A stretch of 64,000 bases of DNA from Octopus vulgaris (taxonomy: Eukaryota), in the NCBI GenBank assembly GCA_951406725.2, contig OX597832.1, positions 992,001-1,056,000 on the forward strand, given 5' to 3'. Below the pieces are notes generated by a model. The model searched no databases and was not told where the DNA came from. It was given only the letters and a program-made list of their open reading frames with translations. Both the position numbers and the translations under genes were made by a program. The stretch's first letter is position 1. Each line of letters starts with the position of its first letter. Shown here one piece after another: positions 54,109 to 64,000 of the stretch.

Positions 54109-54153
<45 letters not shown>

Positions 54154-54613
54154 GTGATAACAGAGGGACAAAACGACACCGCGCAATGGGAGAAGATGAG
54201 ATTTTTAGGCGGCAGAAAGAAAGACAGGATTTGAGATGGAATGCTTTGCGATCGTGTGCATAAGTTTCTATGAGTGGAAGTTGGGAAAAGATGGGTTAGA
54301 GAATTTAGCGACAGAAAGAAAGACCAAATTTGAGACGAGATGTTTTTGCGAAGTTTTTGTAAATGAAAGTTTATATGCTTCAGCTAGCATTTGAGATGAA
54401 AGACAACGATAACGCCAATATATGGGGAAACAATAATAATAAGAAGGCTTGATGGTGATGATGATACTTGCAAAAACAATGAAAAGAAGGAACAGGACTT
54501 AGCTGATATTTTTCATCCTGCGTATTGGCTAAGCCTGTGGAAGCGAGTGAAGGCGAGATATATATACAGAGAGAGAGAGACAGTGATAACAGAGGGAGAA
54601 ACCGACACCACAT

Positions 54614-54662
<49 letters not shown>

Positions 54663-55124
54663 GTGATAACAGAGGGACAAAACGACACCGCGCAATGGGA
54701 GAAGATGAGATTTTTAGGCGGCAGAAAGAAAGACAGGATTTGAGATGGAATGCTTTGCGATCGTGTGCATAAGTTTCTATGAGTGGAAGTTGGGAAAAGA
54801 TGGGTTAGAGAATTTAGCGACAGAAAGAAAGACCAAATTTGAGACGAGATGTTTTTGCGAAGTTTTTGTAAATGAAAGTTTATATGCTTCAGCTAGCATT
54901 TGAGATGAAAGACAACGATAACGCCAATATATGGGGAAACAATAATAATAAGAAGGCTTGATGGTGATGATGATACTTGCAAAAACAATGAAAAGAAGGA
55001 ACAGGACTTAGCTGATATTTTTCATCCTGCGTATTGGCTAAGCCTGTGGAAGCGAGTGAAGGCGAGATATATATACAGAGAGAGAGAGAGACAGTGATAA
55101 CAGAGGGAGAAACCGACACCACAT

Positions 55125-55177
<53 letters not shown>

Positions 55178-55639
55178 GTGATAACAGAGGGACAAAACGA
55201 CACCGCGCAATGGGAGAAGATGAGATTTTTAGGCGGCAGAAAGAAAGACAGGATTTGAGATGGAATGCTTTGCGATCGTGTGCATAAGTTTCTATGAGTG
55301 GAAGTTGGGAAAAGATGGGTTAGAGAATTTAGCGACAGAAAGAAAGACCAAATTTGAGACGAGATGTTTTTGCGAAGTTTTTGTAAATGAAAGTTTATAT
55401 GCTTCAGCTAGCATTTGAGACGAAAGACAACGATAACGCCAATATATGGGGAAACAATAATAATAAGAAGGCTTGATGGTGATGATGATACTTGCAAAAA
55501 CAATGAAAAGAAGGAACAGGACTTAGCTGATATTTTTCATCCTGCGTATTGGCTAAGCCTGTGGAAGCGAGTGAAGGCGAGATATATATACAGAGAGAGA
55601 GAGAGACAGTGATAACAGAGGGAGAAACCGACACCACAT

Positions 55640-55688
<49 letters not shown>

Positions 55689-56080
55689 GTGATAACAGAG
55701 GGACAAAACGACACCGCGCAATGGGAGAAGATGAGATTTTTAGGCGGCAGAAAGAAAGACAGGATTTGAGATGGAATGCTTTGCGATCGTGTGCATAAGT
55801 TTCTATGAGTGGAAGTTGGGAAAAGATGGGTTAGAGAATTTAGCGACAGAAAGAAAGACCAAATTTGAGACGAGATGTTTTTGCGAAGTTTTTGTAAATG
55901 AAAGTTTATATGCTTCAGCTAGCATTTGAGACGAAAGACAACGATAACGCCAATATATGGGGAAACAATAATAATAAGAAGGCTTGATGGTGATGATGAT
56001 ACTTGCAAAAACAATGAAAAGAAGGAACAGGACTTAGCTGATATTTTTCATCCTGCGTATTGGCTAAGCCTGTGGAAGCG
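48126..56080. repeat. Tandem array of 16 near-identical ~505-bp units (last one truncated)
   Basis: Equivalent positions at 48329, 48832, 49337, 49830, 50323, 50831, 51340, 51851, 52360, 52853, 53364, 53873, 54380, 54889, 55404 and ~55915. The period of 493-515 bp varies only through (GA)n length. Confidence 0.98.
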
Positions 56081-56081
56081 A

Positions 56082-57151
56082 ATTAACTTGTAGATTAACT
56101 TGTATATTAACTTGTAGATTATATTTACCAAATATTTGCAAATTCATGTTCTCTGAGAAAGCTTGAGATTTCAGTAAAATGTTTGGTAAATAAAATCTTC
56201 ACATCTATAAGTTGATGCACATTACCTCATGATTTCTAAATCAAACAAGTGTGTGTCAGAAAGATGAACATCAAAAATAAGTATATAGTAAAATGCCAAA
56301 AGAATTTTTCATTTCAAAATTTCCAGTGTGTTTCATTCTGGTTTGAATCATTTTCTAAATTCATATTTTCTGTGGATAAGTCAGAGTTCGGTAAAATGTT
56401 TGGTAAATATGATATTCAGAGCTATCAGGTAATGTATTTTAATCAATTACTTCACGATCCGACATATGTTAAAGAGGAAAATAAAATGTCACAAATGAGT
56501 AAGTAGTAAATTGGAAAACAAAAATTTTATTTTCAAAATTTTCAGTCAGAACAATGAAAGTCACAAATTAGTATATAGTAAATGGGAAAACAAGAGTTTT
56601 TCTTTTCCATATTTTCAAATGATTTTTTACTGGTTTGCAACAATATGCAGCTTTATATGTTCTGAGAAAGCTAGATATTTCAGTGAAATATTTGGTAAAT
56701 ATAATCTTCACATCTACAAGTTAATATATATTAACCCATCTCTTCTAAATCAAACACGTGAGTATCAGAATAATGCAAATCACAAATGAGTATATAGTAA
56801 TTTGGAAAACAACAATTTTTCATTTCAAAACGTCAAAATAATTTCATTCTGGTTTGCAAACTTCATGTTTTCTGAGGAAACTTTGCACTTTAGGGAAGTA
56901 TTTGGTAAAGATATTCAGAGCTATCAGCTAATGTACTTTAACCAAATACTCCTCCATCAGACATATGTTTATGAGGAAAATGAAATATCACAAATGAGTA
57001 AATAGTAAATGTGAAAACAAGAATTTTCATTTCAAAATTTGCAATCAATTTCAAGATGATTTGCAAGAATTTGCAACTTCATATTCTCAAAGAAAGCTTC
57101 AGATTTCGGCGAAATGTTTGGTAAATATAATATTCACATTTACAAGTTAAT
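56082..57151. repeat. AT-rich satellite block 3 (short reverse piece, then forward)
   Basis: Same monomer motifs as block 1; ends ...CACATTTACAAGTTAAT. Confidence 0.9.
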
Positions 57152-58295
57152 GAGCTCCCAGGGGCATCCTGTCTTGAATTCCTCCGTTATTGCCTGGAGG
57201 ACTATGATAAATAGGAGGGGGCTGAGGACTGAGCCTTGGTGGACCCCTACCTCTACCCGGAATTCTTCACTGTACTCGTTGCCAACCCTCACCTTACTAG
57301 CAGCGTCCCTGTACATGGCTTGCACAGCTCTCACTAACCATTCATCTATTCCTAGTTTCCTCATTGACCACCAGATAAGGGATCGGGGGACCCTGTCGAA
57401 GGCTTTCTCCATGTCAACAAAAGCCAGGTACAGGGGCTTATCTTTGGCTAGGTATTTCTCCTGCAGCTGCCTTACCAGGAATATAGCATCAGTGGTACTT
57501 TTCCCTGGCACGAACCCAAACTGCATCTCATCTAAACTAACTCTCACTCTAATTAGTTGGCTTATGACCCTCTCTGTAACCTTCATCACCTGATCCAACA
57601 GCTTGATACCTCTGTAATTATTTGTATCTAGGGCATCACCTTTACCTTTGTAGCAGTTGAATATTATGCTGCTACACCAGTCATTGGGTATGACTCCTTC
57701 ATGTATCACCTGATTAACTATACGGGTGACTAGGCTATAGCCGACACTACCAGATATTTTGAGCATCTCTGCAGTGATACCTGATAGGCCTGGGGCTTTC
57801 CCTGTCTTCATGCTTCTAATTGCCTTAGCTACCAAGGAACTATCAACCCTGATAGCTGATCCCTCTGTTGGGTCAACGTTCGGCAGACTCTCTTTATCCC
57901 ATTCATTTTCTTTATTCAGCAACCTTTCATAGTGGCGTCTCCAAGCCTCTCTCTTTGCATCCTCGTTTAGTGCAAGTGAACCATCTTCCATGCGAACACA
58001 CTTCTCTCCTACCACATCACAATTCTCTCTCACACACTGTCTTGCAACGCGAAACACCTCCAGTCTTTGGCCCTCACGGCGCAGAACATTGGCAAATTTT
58101 TTCTTATCTGCTTCCCCTCTGGCTAGATAGACCTGTCTCCTAGCTTCCCTTTTAGCAGTCTGATACAATTCCCTGCTACCACCATTCTTCCAGTGCTTCC
58201 AAGTCTGTCTCTTTTCTCTAATAGCCCTGTCTACAACACTGTTCCACCACCACGTTACCTTGGGACAAGAGGGGACTTTGCACCAGCCACAGATC
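57152..58295 (-). mobile_element. Internal RTE fragment with an open RT frame, lacking both ends
   Basis: 342-aa ORF 57140-58168 (KAPGLSGITAEMLK, NYRGIKLL, VDMEKAFDRVPR, HQGSVLSPLLF), cut just before YADD. Confidence 0.93.
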
Positions 58296-58448
58296 TACGA
58301 CAATTTCCAACCACTTGAAAGATGTTGGAAAAACAAAAGTACTTGAGAAATGGGTGCCGTACGAATTGAACAACAATAAAAAAAAAGTGTTGTCTTCCTT
58401 CTTTTACGCAATAAGAATGACCCGTTTCTTGACCGGATTGTGACTAGT
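58296..58448 (+). mobile_element. mariner transposase fragment
   Basis: Translates to GKTKVLEKWVPYEL...LLLRNKNDPFLDRIVT, the WVPHEL motif and the lead-in to the first catalytic Asp. Confidence 0.8.
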
Positions 58449-58450
58449 AA

Positions 58451-59365
58451 ATTAACTTGTAATGTGACGATTGTATTTACCAAACATTTCTCTGAAAATA
58501 TGAAATTGCAAAATTTTGCAAATCAGCTTGAAATTTGTTGCAAATTTTGAAATGAAAATTCTTGTTTTGGCAATTAATATTTACTCATTTGTGATATTTC
58601 ATTTTTGTCATAAACATATGTCGGATAGAGGAGTATTTGCTTAAAATACATTACTTGATAGCTCTGAATAATATCTCTACTAAATATTTCACTGAAGTGT
58701 GAAGTTTCCTCAGAAAACATGAAGTTTGAAAATCTTCAAAATCAGCATGAAGTTGCTTGGAAATTATGAAATGAAGCATTCTTGTTTTCTGATTTACTAT
58801 ATACGCATTTCATTTAGAAGTCATGGGTTAAAACACACTATCTGATAGCTCTGAATAATATATTTACCAAACATTTCCCTGAACTCTGAACATTTCTCAG
58901 GAAACATGAAGTTCCAAAATTTTGCAAACCAGAATGAAATTGTTTGGAAATTTTGAAATGAAAATTCTTGTTTTCTGATTTACTATTTACTCATTTGTGA
59001 CATTTCATTTTCCTCTGAAACATATGTCGGATGGAGAAGTAATTGATTAAAATACATTACCTGATAGCTCTGAATAATAATGTTGCAAACCAGAATGCTT
59101 AGACGTTTTGAAATGAAAATCCTTGTTTTCACATTTACTATTTACTCATTTGTGACTTACATTATTCTGACACACACTTGTTTGGTTTAGAAGTTATGTG
59201 TAAATATACATTACCTGAGAATTCTGAATAATATATTTACCAAACATTTCATTAAACTCTGAAGGTTTCTCAGAATACATGAAGTTGAAAATGTTGCAAA
59301 TCAGCATGAAGTTGTTTGGAAATTTTGAAATGAAACATTCTTGTTTTCAATATTTACTATATACC
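58451..59365. repeat. AT-rich satellite block 4 (reverse orientation)
   Basis: Begins ATTAACTTGTAATGTGA, the reverse complement of the end of block 3. Confidence 0.9.
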
Positions 59366-60775
59366 TGTAGTGGCACAAGCAGCCAGCGCCATATTGGATG
59401 AGATCTCGCAGCAGCCATTGCCTTCTCCAAGACTGGACCCACCAAGACTCACCTGCATCCATTTGCCATGTACGAGATCACAATGAGGCTCGCGATGGAA
59501 ACTATATAAAGGGAAAATCCAATTCAAAGCTCTCTTTTTGGCGCTACCTCACAACAGCGCTGGCAGAACACCACCACCACTACACGAAGAATGAAAAAGA
59601 TGTTGGAAGAAGACAATATTCTTCCAATATCATAAACCTTGCCTTCCATTATTAAAAATGGTGACCCCTGACGTAGAAAAGGTTTTTCGACCGCCACAAG
59701 CTCCATCATATAAATGTCTCAGCCGAATCACGGACTGGCAGTTTTCACTCACTTCCGACTGGCAAACACACACCAATGGCCACAACTTCCAGGCATCGTT
59801 CCTGCCCCACATTTGGATTGCACCACGTGAAAACAGAATTTTTTACCGGTTGCAGGCCATTTTCTGGTGATTTTTTTTTTTCAACTGACAGCAACAACAA
59901 AAAAAAAAAATGATAAAGAAGTAAAAAAGTGCTGGTTGGACTGTTTTTCGTGCTGAAGAACAAACTTCTCGCAGCTTTTCTCTTAGCTCCATCGTGTCTA
60001 GGATGCAAAAGTCTATTGCTTACGGCACTACATCGGACACGGCAATTGCTGCTGTTATCTCTCTTCCTCAGCCGCGCATTGTATTGCATTTCTTTTGTTT
60101 TTTTCACTTCCTTTTGCATATCTCTTCCTTTTTCAGGACTTCACCTATGTATGTACATATTTTTTTTTGAATATTGTGTATATTATATGTTAACTTTTTC
60201 AATATTCATACACACATGCACCACATTCTAATATTGCAGTTGCTTTCTTATTGCTCTTGCATGCTACCACCTCTAATATCTGCAAGCGACCCACCAGTTT
60301 TGCAGGCTTACAACACTAACCTCTGCAAGCGACCTACCAGTCTTGCAGACTAACAACATTTTATTTTTCCACTGCAAGCAACTCACTGCCCTTGCAGGCA
60401 AATACTTGGCACTGTTCATGTCTAAGCAGCCAACATTGCATCTCAAACACTTTGACTCTTGCATCCTGTGATTTCCAGTTTCCTGGACAGTTGTTATCAC
60501 ACTTGCTTGTCAGACATTCTGTGTCTCAGAACTTTGTTTTAACCTTTGCCTATTCATGTATGTTTTGTGCATATTCTGCAGTCCTACACACTGCCTCAGC
60601 TTTGCACTGGCTGGCACATCCTGCACACTGCCTCAGCTTTGCACCGGCTGGCACATTCTGCACACTGCCTCAGCCTTGCACTGGCTGGCACATCCTGCAC
60701 ACTGCCTCAGCCTTGCACCGGCTGGCACATTCTGCACACTGCCTCAGCTTTGCACTGGTTGGTACAACCATGTGT
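59366..60775 (+). mobile_element. Truncated non-coding LTR element (5' LTR, tRNA-Trp-like PBS, interior)
   Basis: Starts TGTAGTG; TATA-like CTATATAAAG at ~59502; TGGTGACCCCTGACGT at 59659; no second LTR seen. Confidence 0.65.
60587..60760. repeat. 37-bp minisatellite, ~4.7 copies
   Basis: CACACTGCCTCAGC(T/C)TTGCAC(T/C)GGCTGGCACAT(C/T)CTG in tandem. Confidence 0.93.
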
Positions 60776-61246
60776 GACTTCTAAATCTAATAAATGTGTG
60801 TCACAATAATGAATATCACAAATGAGTAAATTGGAAAACAAAAATCTTTCATTTCAAAATTTCGAAAACATTTCATGCTGGTTTGCAAAATTTTCAAACA
60901 GTTTCATTTAGTTTGCAACATTTTGTAGCTTCATGTCTTCTGTGAAAGCTAATGATTTCAGTAAAAAGTTTGGTAAAGATAATCTTTACATCTACAAGCT
61001 AATGTATATTAACCCAGTACTTCTGAATCAAACAAGTGTGTGTCAGAAAAATGAAAGTCACAAAAGAGTTTATTTAATCGTAAAACAAGAATTTTACATT
61101 TCAAAATTTTCAAACTCTTTCATTCTGGTTTGCAAAAATTTTGCAACGTCATGATTTCTGAGAAAGCTTGAGATTTCTGTGAAATGTTTGGTAAATATAT
61201 TCTTCACATCTACAAGTTAATGTATATTAACTCATTACTTCTTAAT
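60776..61246. repeat. AT-rich satellite block 5 (forward)
   Basis: Same monomer motifs. Confidence 0.88.
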
Positions 61247-62720
61247 CAGTGGTTCCCAAATTTTTTCAGCCCAGGGACCATTTTTTACTTGAAAAATTTT
61301 TCTGGTGACCACTTTGACTTTTACTTTATGCTGTTCTATTTTCACACTAAAATACTTAATGAAGAGACAAAGTAGTCTATTTACACTTTAAAATTTATTT
61401 TAGCAAACAAACGATAAAATTTAAAATTTATTTTTGTAAACAAAGATAAACACAACATATCGAAATCATTTTTCATAGAGTCATTCATTTTTAGTCCATT
61501 CAGCTAGTGACTAGCTTGAAAAATATGTGTTTCTGACACAAGATATCATAATCAATTTTAATGAACTCATTTAGTCTTATATCTGATAGTTCCTCTGCTG
61601 TTGACATCTAATTTATTTCTTTTTCTACTTAAAATATCTACAATAGCTGAAAATGCAGATTTCACCATCCATGTGGCAGGGAAAGAAATGATGCTTGCTT
61701 CTACATGTCGAAAAATATTTAGGTGTGATTCCTTTATCAATATGTAGGCAAAGACACCTCTTTTTCAACTCTTCTTCTCAGTTTCATATTCTCTTTCAAA
61801 TTCAACAACATTTCAGCCAACTAAAAATTTTCATCTCCAGGCTCAATTTTCTAGATCTACAAATCAGAGTGGATAATCTTTCTTTAATGAATTATTGTAG
61901 CTTCTCTCAAAGTCTACATGAAGACCTTCAAGATGGGCAATGCATGCAGAAATGCATTCTAATATAGGAACTGTGGTGTTAAAATTTTGAAAAGATGCCA
62001 AATTTTTTCTTTCAAACTGTTTTTTCCAAAATTTTAGTTTCCCCATATAACCCTTTATTTTCTGAGAAAAGGTAACCAAATCTGATTTTCTACCTTGCAA
62101 CTTTAAGTTAAGCACATTCACTGTTCTAAAAATATCACTTGATTAACTATATTTTCTTTTTATTCTTAAAATATTCCCTACCTTTACCAACAGATGATGG
62201 ATGCCTTAATTTCTGGTGCTCCTCCAACTTAACTTTTTTCATGGAATGATTTGTCATGATGGCATCACATTCCAGACACATAGGTTTTGAGTCTACAGAT
62301 ACAAAACCAAACATGATAAAATCTTCTTTGTAGTTCCTCAGTTTTGCCTTTTTAGCAGTTTGTTCAGATATTACAACTGATCTTAAACAAAATTAAAATA
62401 ATAAATACTTTATTTCTATAAATTAAAAGTATTGTTTAGATCACTAAACAATATTGTGTAGTGATCTATTAAAAAATATCAAATTTATTATGAAACTGTT
62501 GTGATTGTAAAATTTAAATTATGTAATTCTTAATTGTTGTAATACATTATTGATTATATATTATACATTATTGATTCTTATGGAATAATTATTGAATTTT
62601 ATTTTCTTATTATTATTATTCTGTCTTCATATAAATTATTATTAACTAACAGTGTTTTTATTATCGAACAATATTGTGTAGATCTGAAATGGCTTCAATT
62701 TTTTATGGTTACAAATTCTC
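61247..62720 (-). mobile_element. hAT (Charlie/Buster-like) DNA transposon relic, one terminus retained
   Basis: Terminus CAGTGGTTCCCAAA; 61864-62121 NVLNLKLQG...KIKGYMGKLKFWK is typical of Buster/Charlie transposases; a dimerisation-domain-like remnant lies at ~61600-61700. Confidence 0.8.
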
Positions 62721-62724
62721 TGGG

Positions 62725-64000
62725 GAATTTTTCTGATACACACTTGTTTGATTTTGAAGTACATTGACTTGTAGATGTGAAGATTACATTTACCAAAGAT
62801 TTCACTGATATCTCAAGCTTTCTCAGAAAATGTGAAGTTATAAAATGTTGAAGATGAGCATGAAGTTGCTTGGAAATTTAAAAATGAAAAATTCTTGTTT
62901 TTTGATTAACTATATACTTCATGATCTTGAGATATACAATTACGTGTATATTAACCCATGACTTCTAAATCAAACAAGTGTGTGTCAGAGAAATGAAAGT
63001 CACACATGAGTATATAGTAAATTGGAAAACAAAAATTTTTCCTTAAAAAATTTTCAAGCAACTTCATGCTCATTTTCAACAACTTCAGGTTTTGTGAGGA
63101 AACTTCAAGGTTCAGTGAAATGTTTGGTATATCGTTCAGAGATATCAGTAATTTATTTTAACCAATTACTTGTGCATCCGATATATGTTTATGAGGAAAA
63201 TGAAATGTCACAAATGAGTAAATAGTAATTGCAAAATCAAGAATTTTCTTTTCAAATTTTCCACAGAATTTCATGCTGATTTGCAACTTCGTTTTCTTAG
63301 AAATTTTGAGATTTCATTGAAATGTGTGGTAAATATAATTTTCTCATCTAGAACTGAATTTATATTAATGCATGACTTCTAAATTAAACAAGTGTGAAAT
63401 GAAAGTCACAAATGAGTATATAGTAAATCGGATAATAAGAATTTTTCATTTCAAAATCTCCAATTTATGCTGGTTTTCAAGATTTTGCAACATCATGTTT
63501 TCTGAGAAGACTTGAGATTTCAGTGAAATGTTTGGTAAAAACATTCTTCACCTCTAACAGTTATAGTATATTATCCCTTTACTTCTGAACCAAATAAATG
63601 TTTTGTCAAAGAAATAGAAAGTCCTGAATGAGTAGAAAGTATACAGGCAAAGAATAATGTTTCAACTTGATGCTTATTTGCAATATTTTGTGACTTCACG
63701 TTTTCTGACATCTGTCAGTTGAACGAGTGATTGTGAGAAAAATTAAGTCACAAATGAGTAAGTAGTAAATGCGAAAAGAAGAATTTTTCATTCCAAAATT
63801 TCCAAACAACCTTATGATGATTTGCAATAGTTTTCTGAGGAAACTTCAGTGTTCAGTGAAATGTTTGGTAAATATATTATTCAGAGCTATCAGTTAATGT
63901 ATTTTAATCAATTACTTCTCACTCCGAGATATGTTTATGAGGAAAATGAAATGTCATGAATGAATAAATAGTAAATGCCTAAACAACTATTTTCATTTTA
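62725..64000. repeat. AT-rich satellite block 6 (reverse, then forward from ~62930); runs off the window
   Basis: Same monomer motifs. Confidence 0.9.

Noticed and set aside
48329-55721. Repeated 65-aa and ~100-aa ORFs as a tandem gene family
   Set aside because: They use non-ATG starts or run through (GA)n tracts whose length shifts the frame between units; no recognisable domain.
48126-56080. CRISPR array, tRNA/5S/snRNA array or hammerhead retrozyme
   Set aside because: Units are wholly repeated with no unique spacers; I found no Pol III boxes or known RNA sequence, and no CTGANGA...GAAA core on either strand by eye.
60587-60760. 37-bp repeats as a CRISPR array or Cys/His metal-binding protein
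   Set aside because: The repeats are contiguous without spacers, there are no cas genes, the context is eukaryotic, and the period is not a multiple of 3.
42826-64000. Satellite as a decayed C2H2 zinc-finger gene array
   Set aside because: The period is ~215 bp rather than 84 bp, and there are no CxxC...HxxxH or TGEKP patterns in the ORF track.

Overview
This is non-genic, repeat-saturated eukaryotic DNA, most likely from a coleoid cephalopod (Octopus-like). That inference rests on tRNA-derived SINEs with internal (CA)n(TA)n, RTE LINEs with (GAT)n tails, and TTAGGG-bearing MITEs. No intact host gene is supported; nearly every long ORF is a decayed transposon gene or an artefact of simple repeats. 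From left to right: Tx1/L1-type LINEs in head-to-tail tandem, one interrupted by a Merlin-type MITE with an 8-bp TSD; an R4/Dong-like RT relic; an RTE-BovB LINE split by a young non-coding LTR element (560-bp LTRs, tRNA-Trp PBS, CACT TSD); a Merlin transposase relic; a non-autonomous Helitron; an 8-kb scrambled cluster of ORF1(gag)-only 'half-LINE' units in tailless tandem; three adjacent Tc1/mariner relics; more RTEs and SINEs. From about 42.8 kb onward an AT-rich ~215-bp dimeric satellite repeatedly flips orientation and hosts insertions. The largest is a 9.2-kb block: an RTE 3' end, a G-rich 18-bp minisatellite and 16 near-identical ~505-bp units, each with a 47-nt hairpin. The best candidates for something new are the gag-only tandem retroelement system, this 9.2-kb RTE-tailed array, and a recurrent breakpoint at ACAAGTTAAT in the satellite. 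Element boundaries without TSD/TIR support are approximate, and family names come from motif recognition, not database searches.
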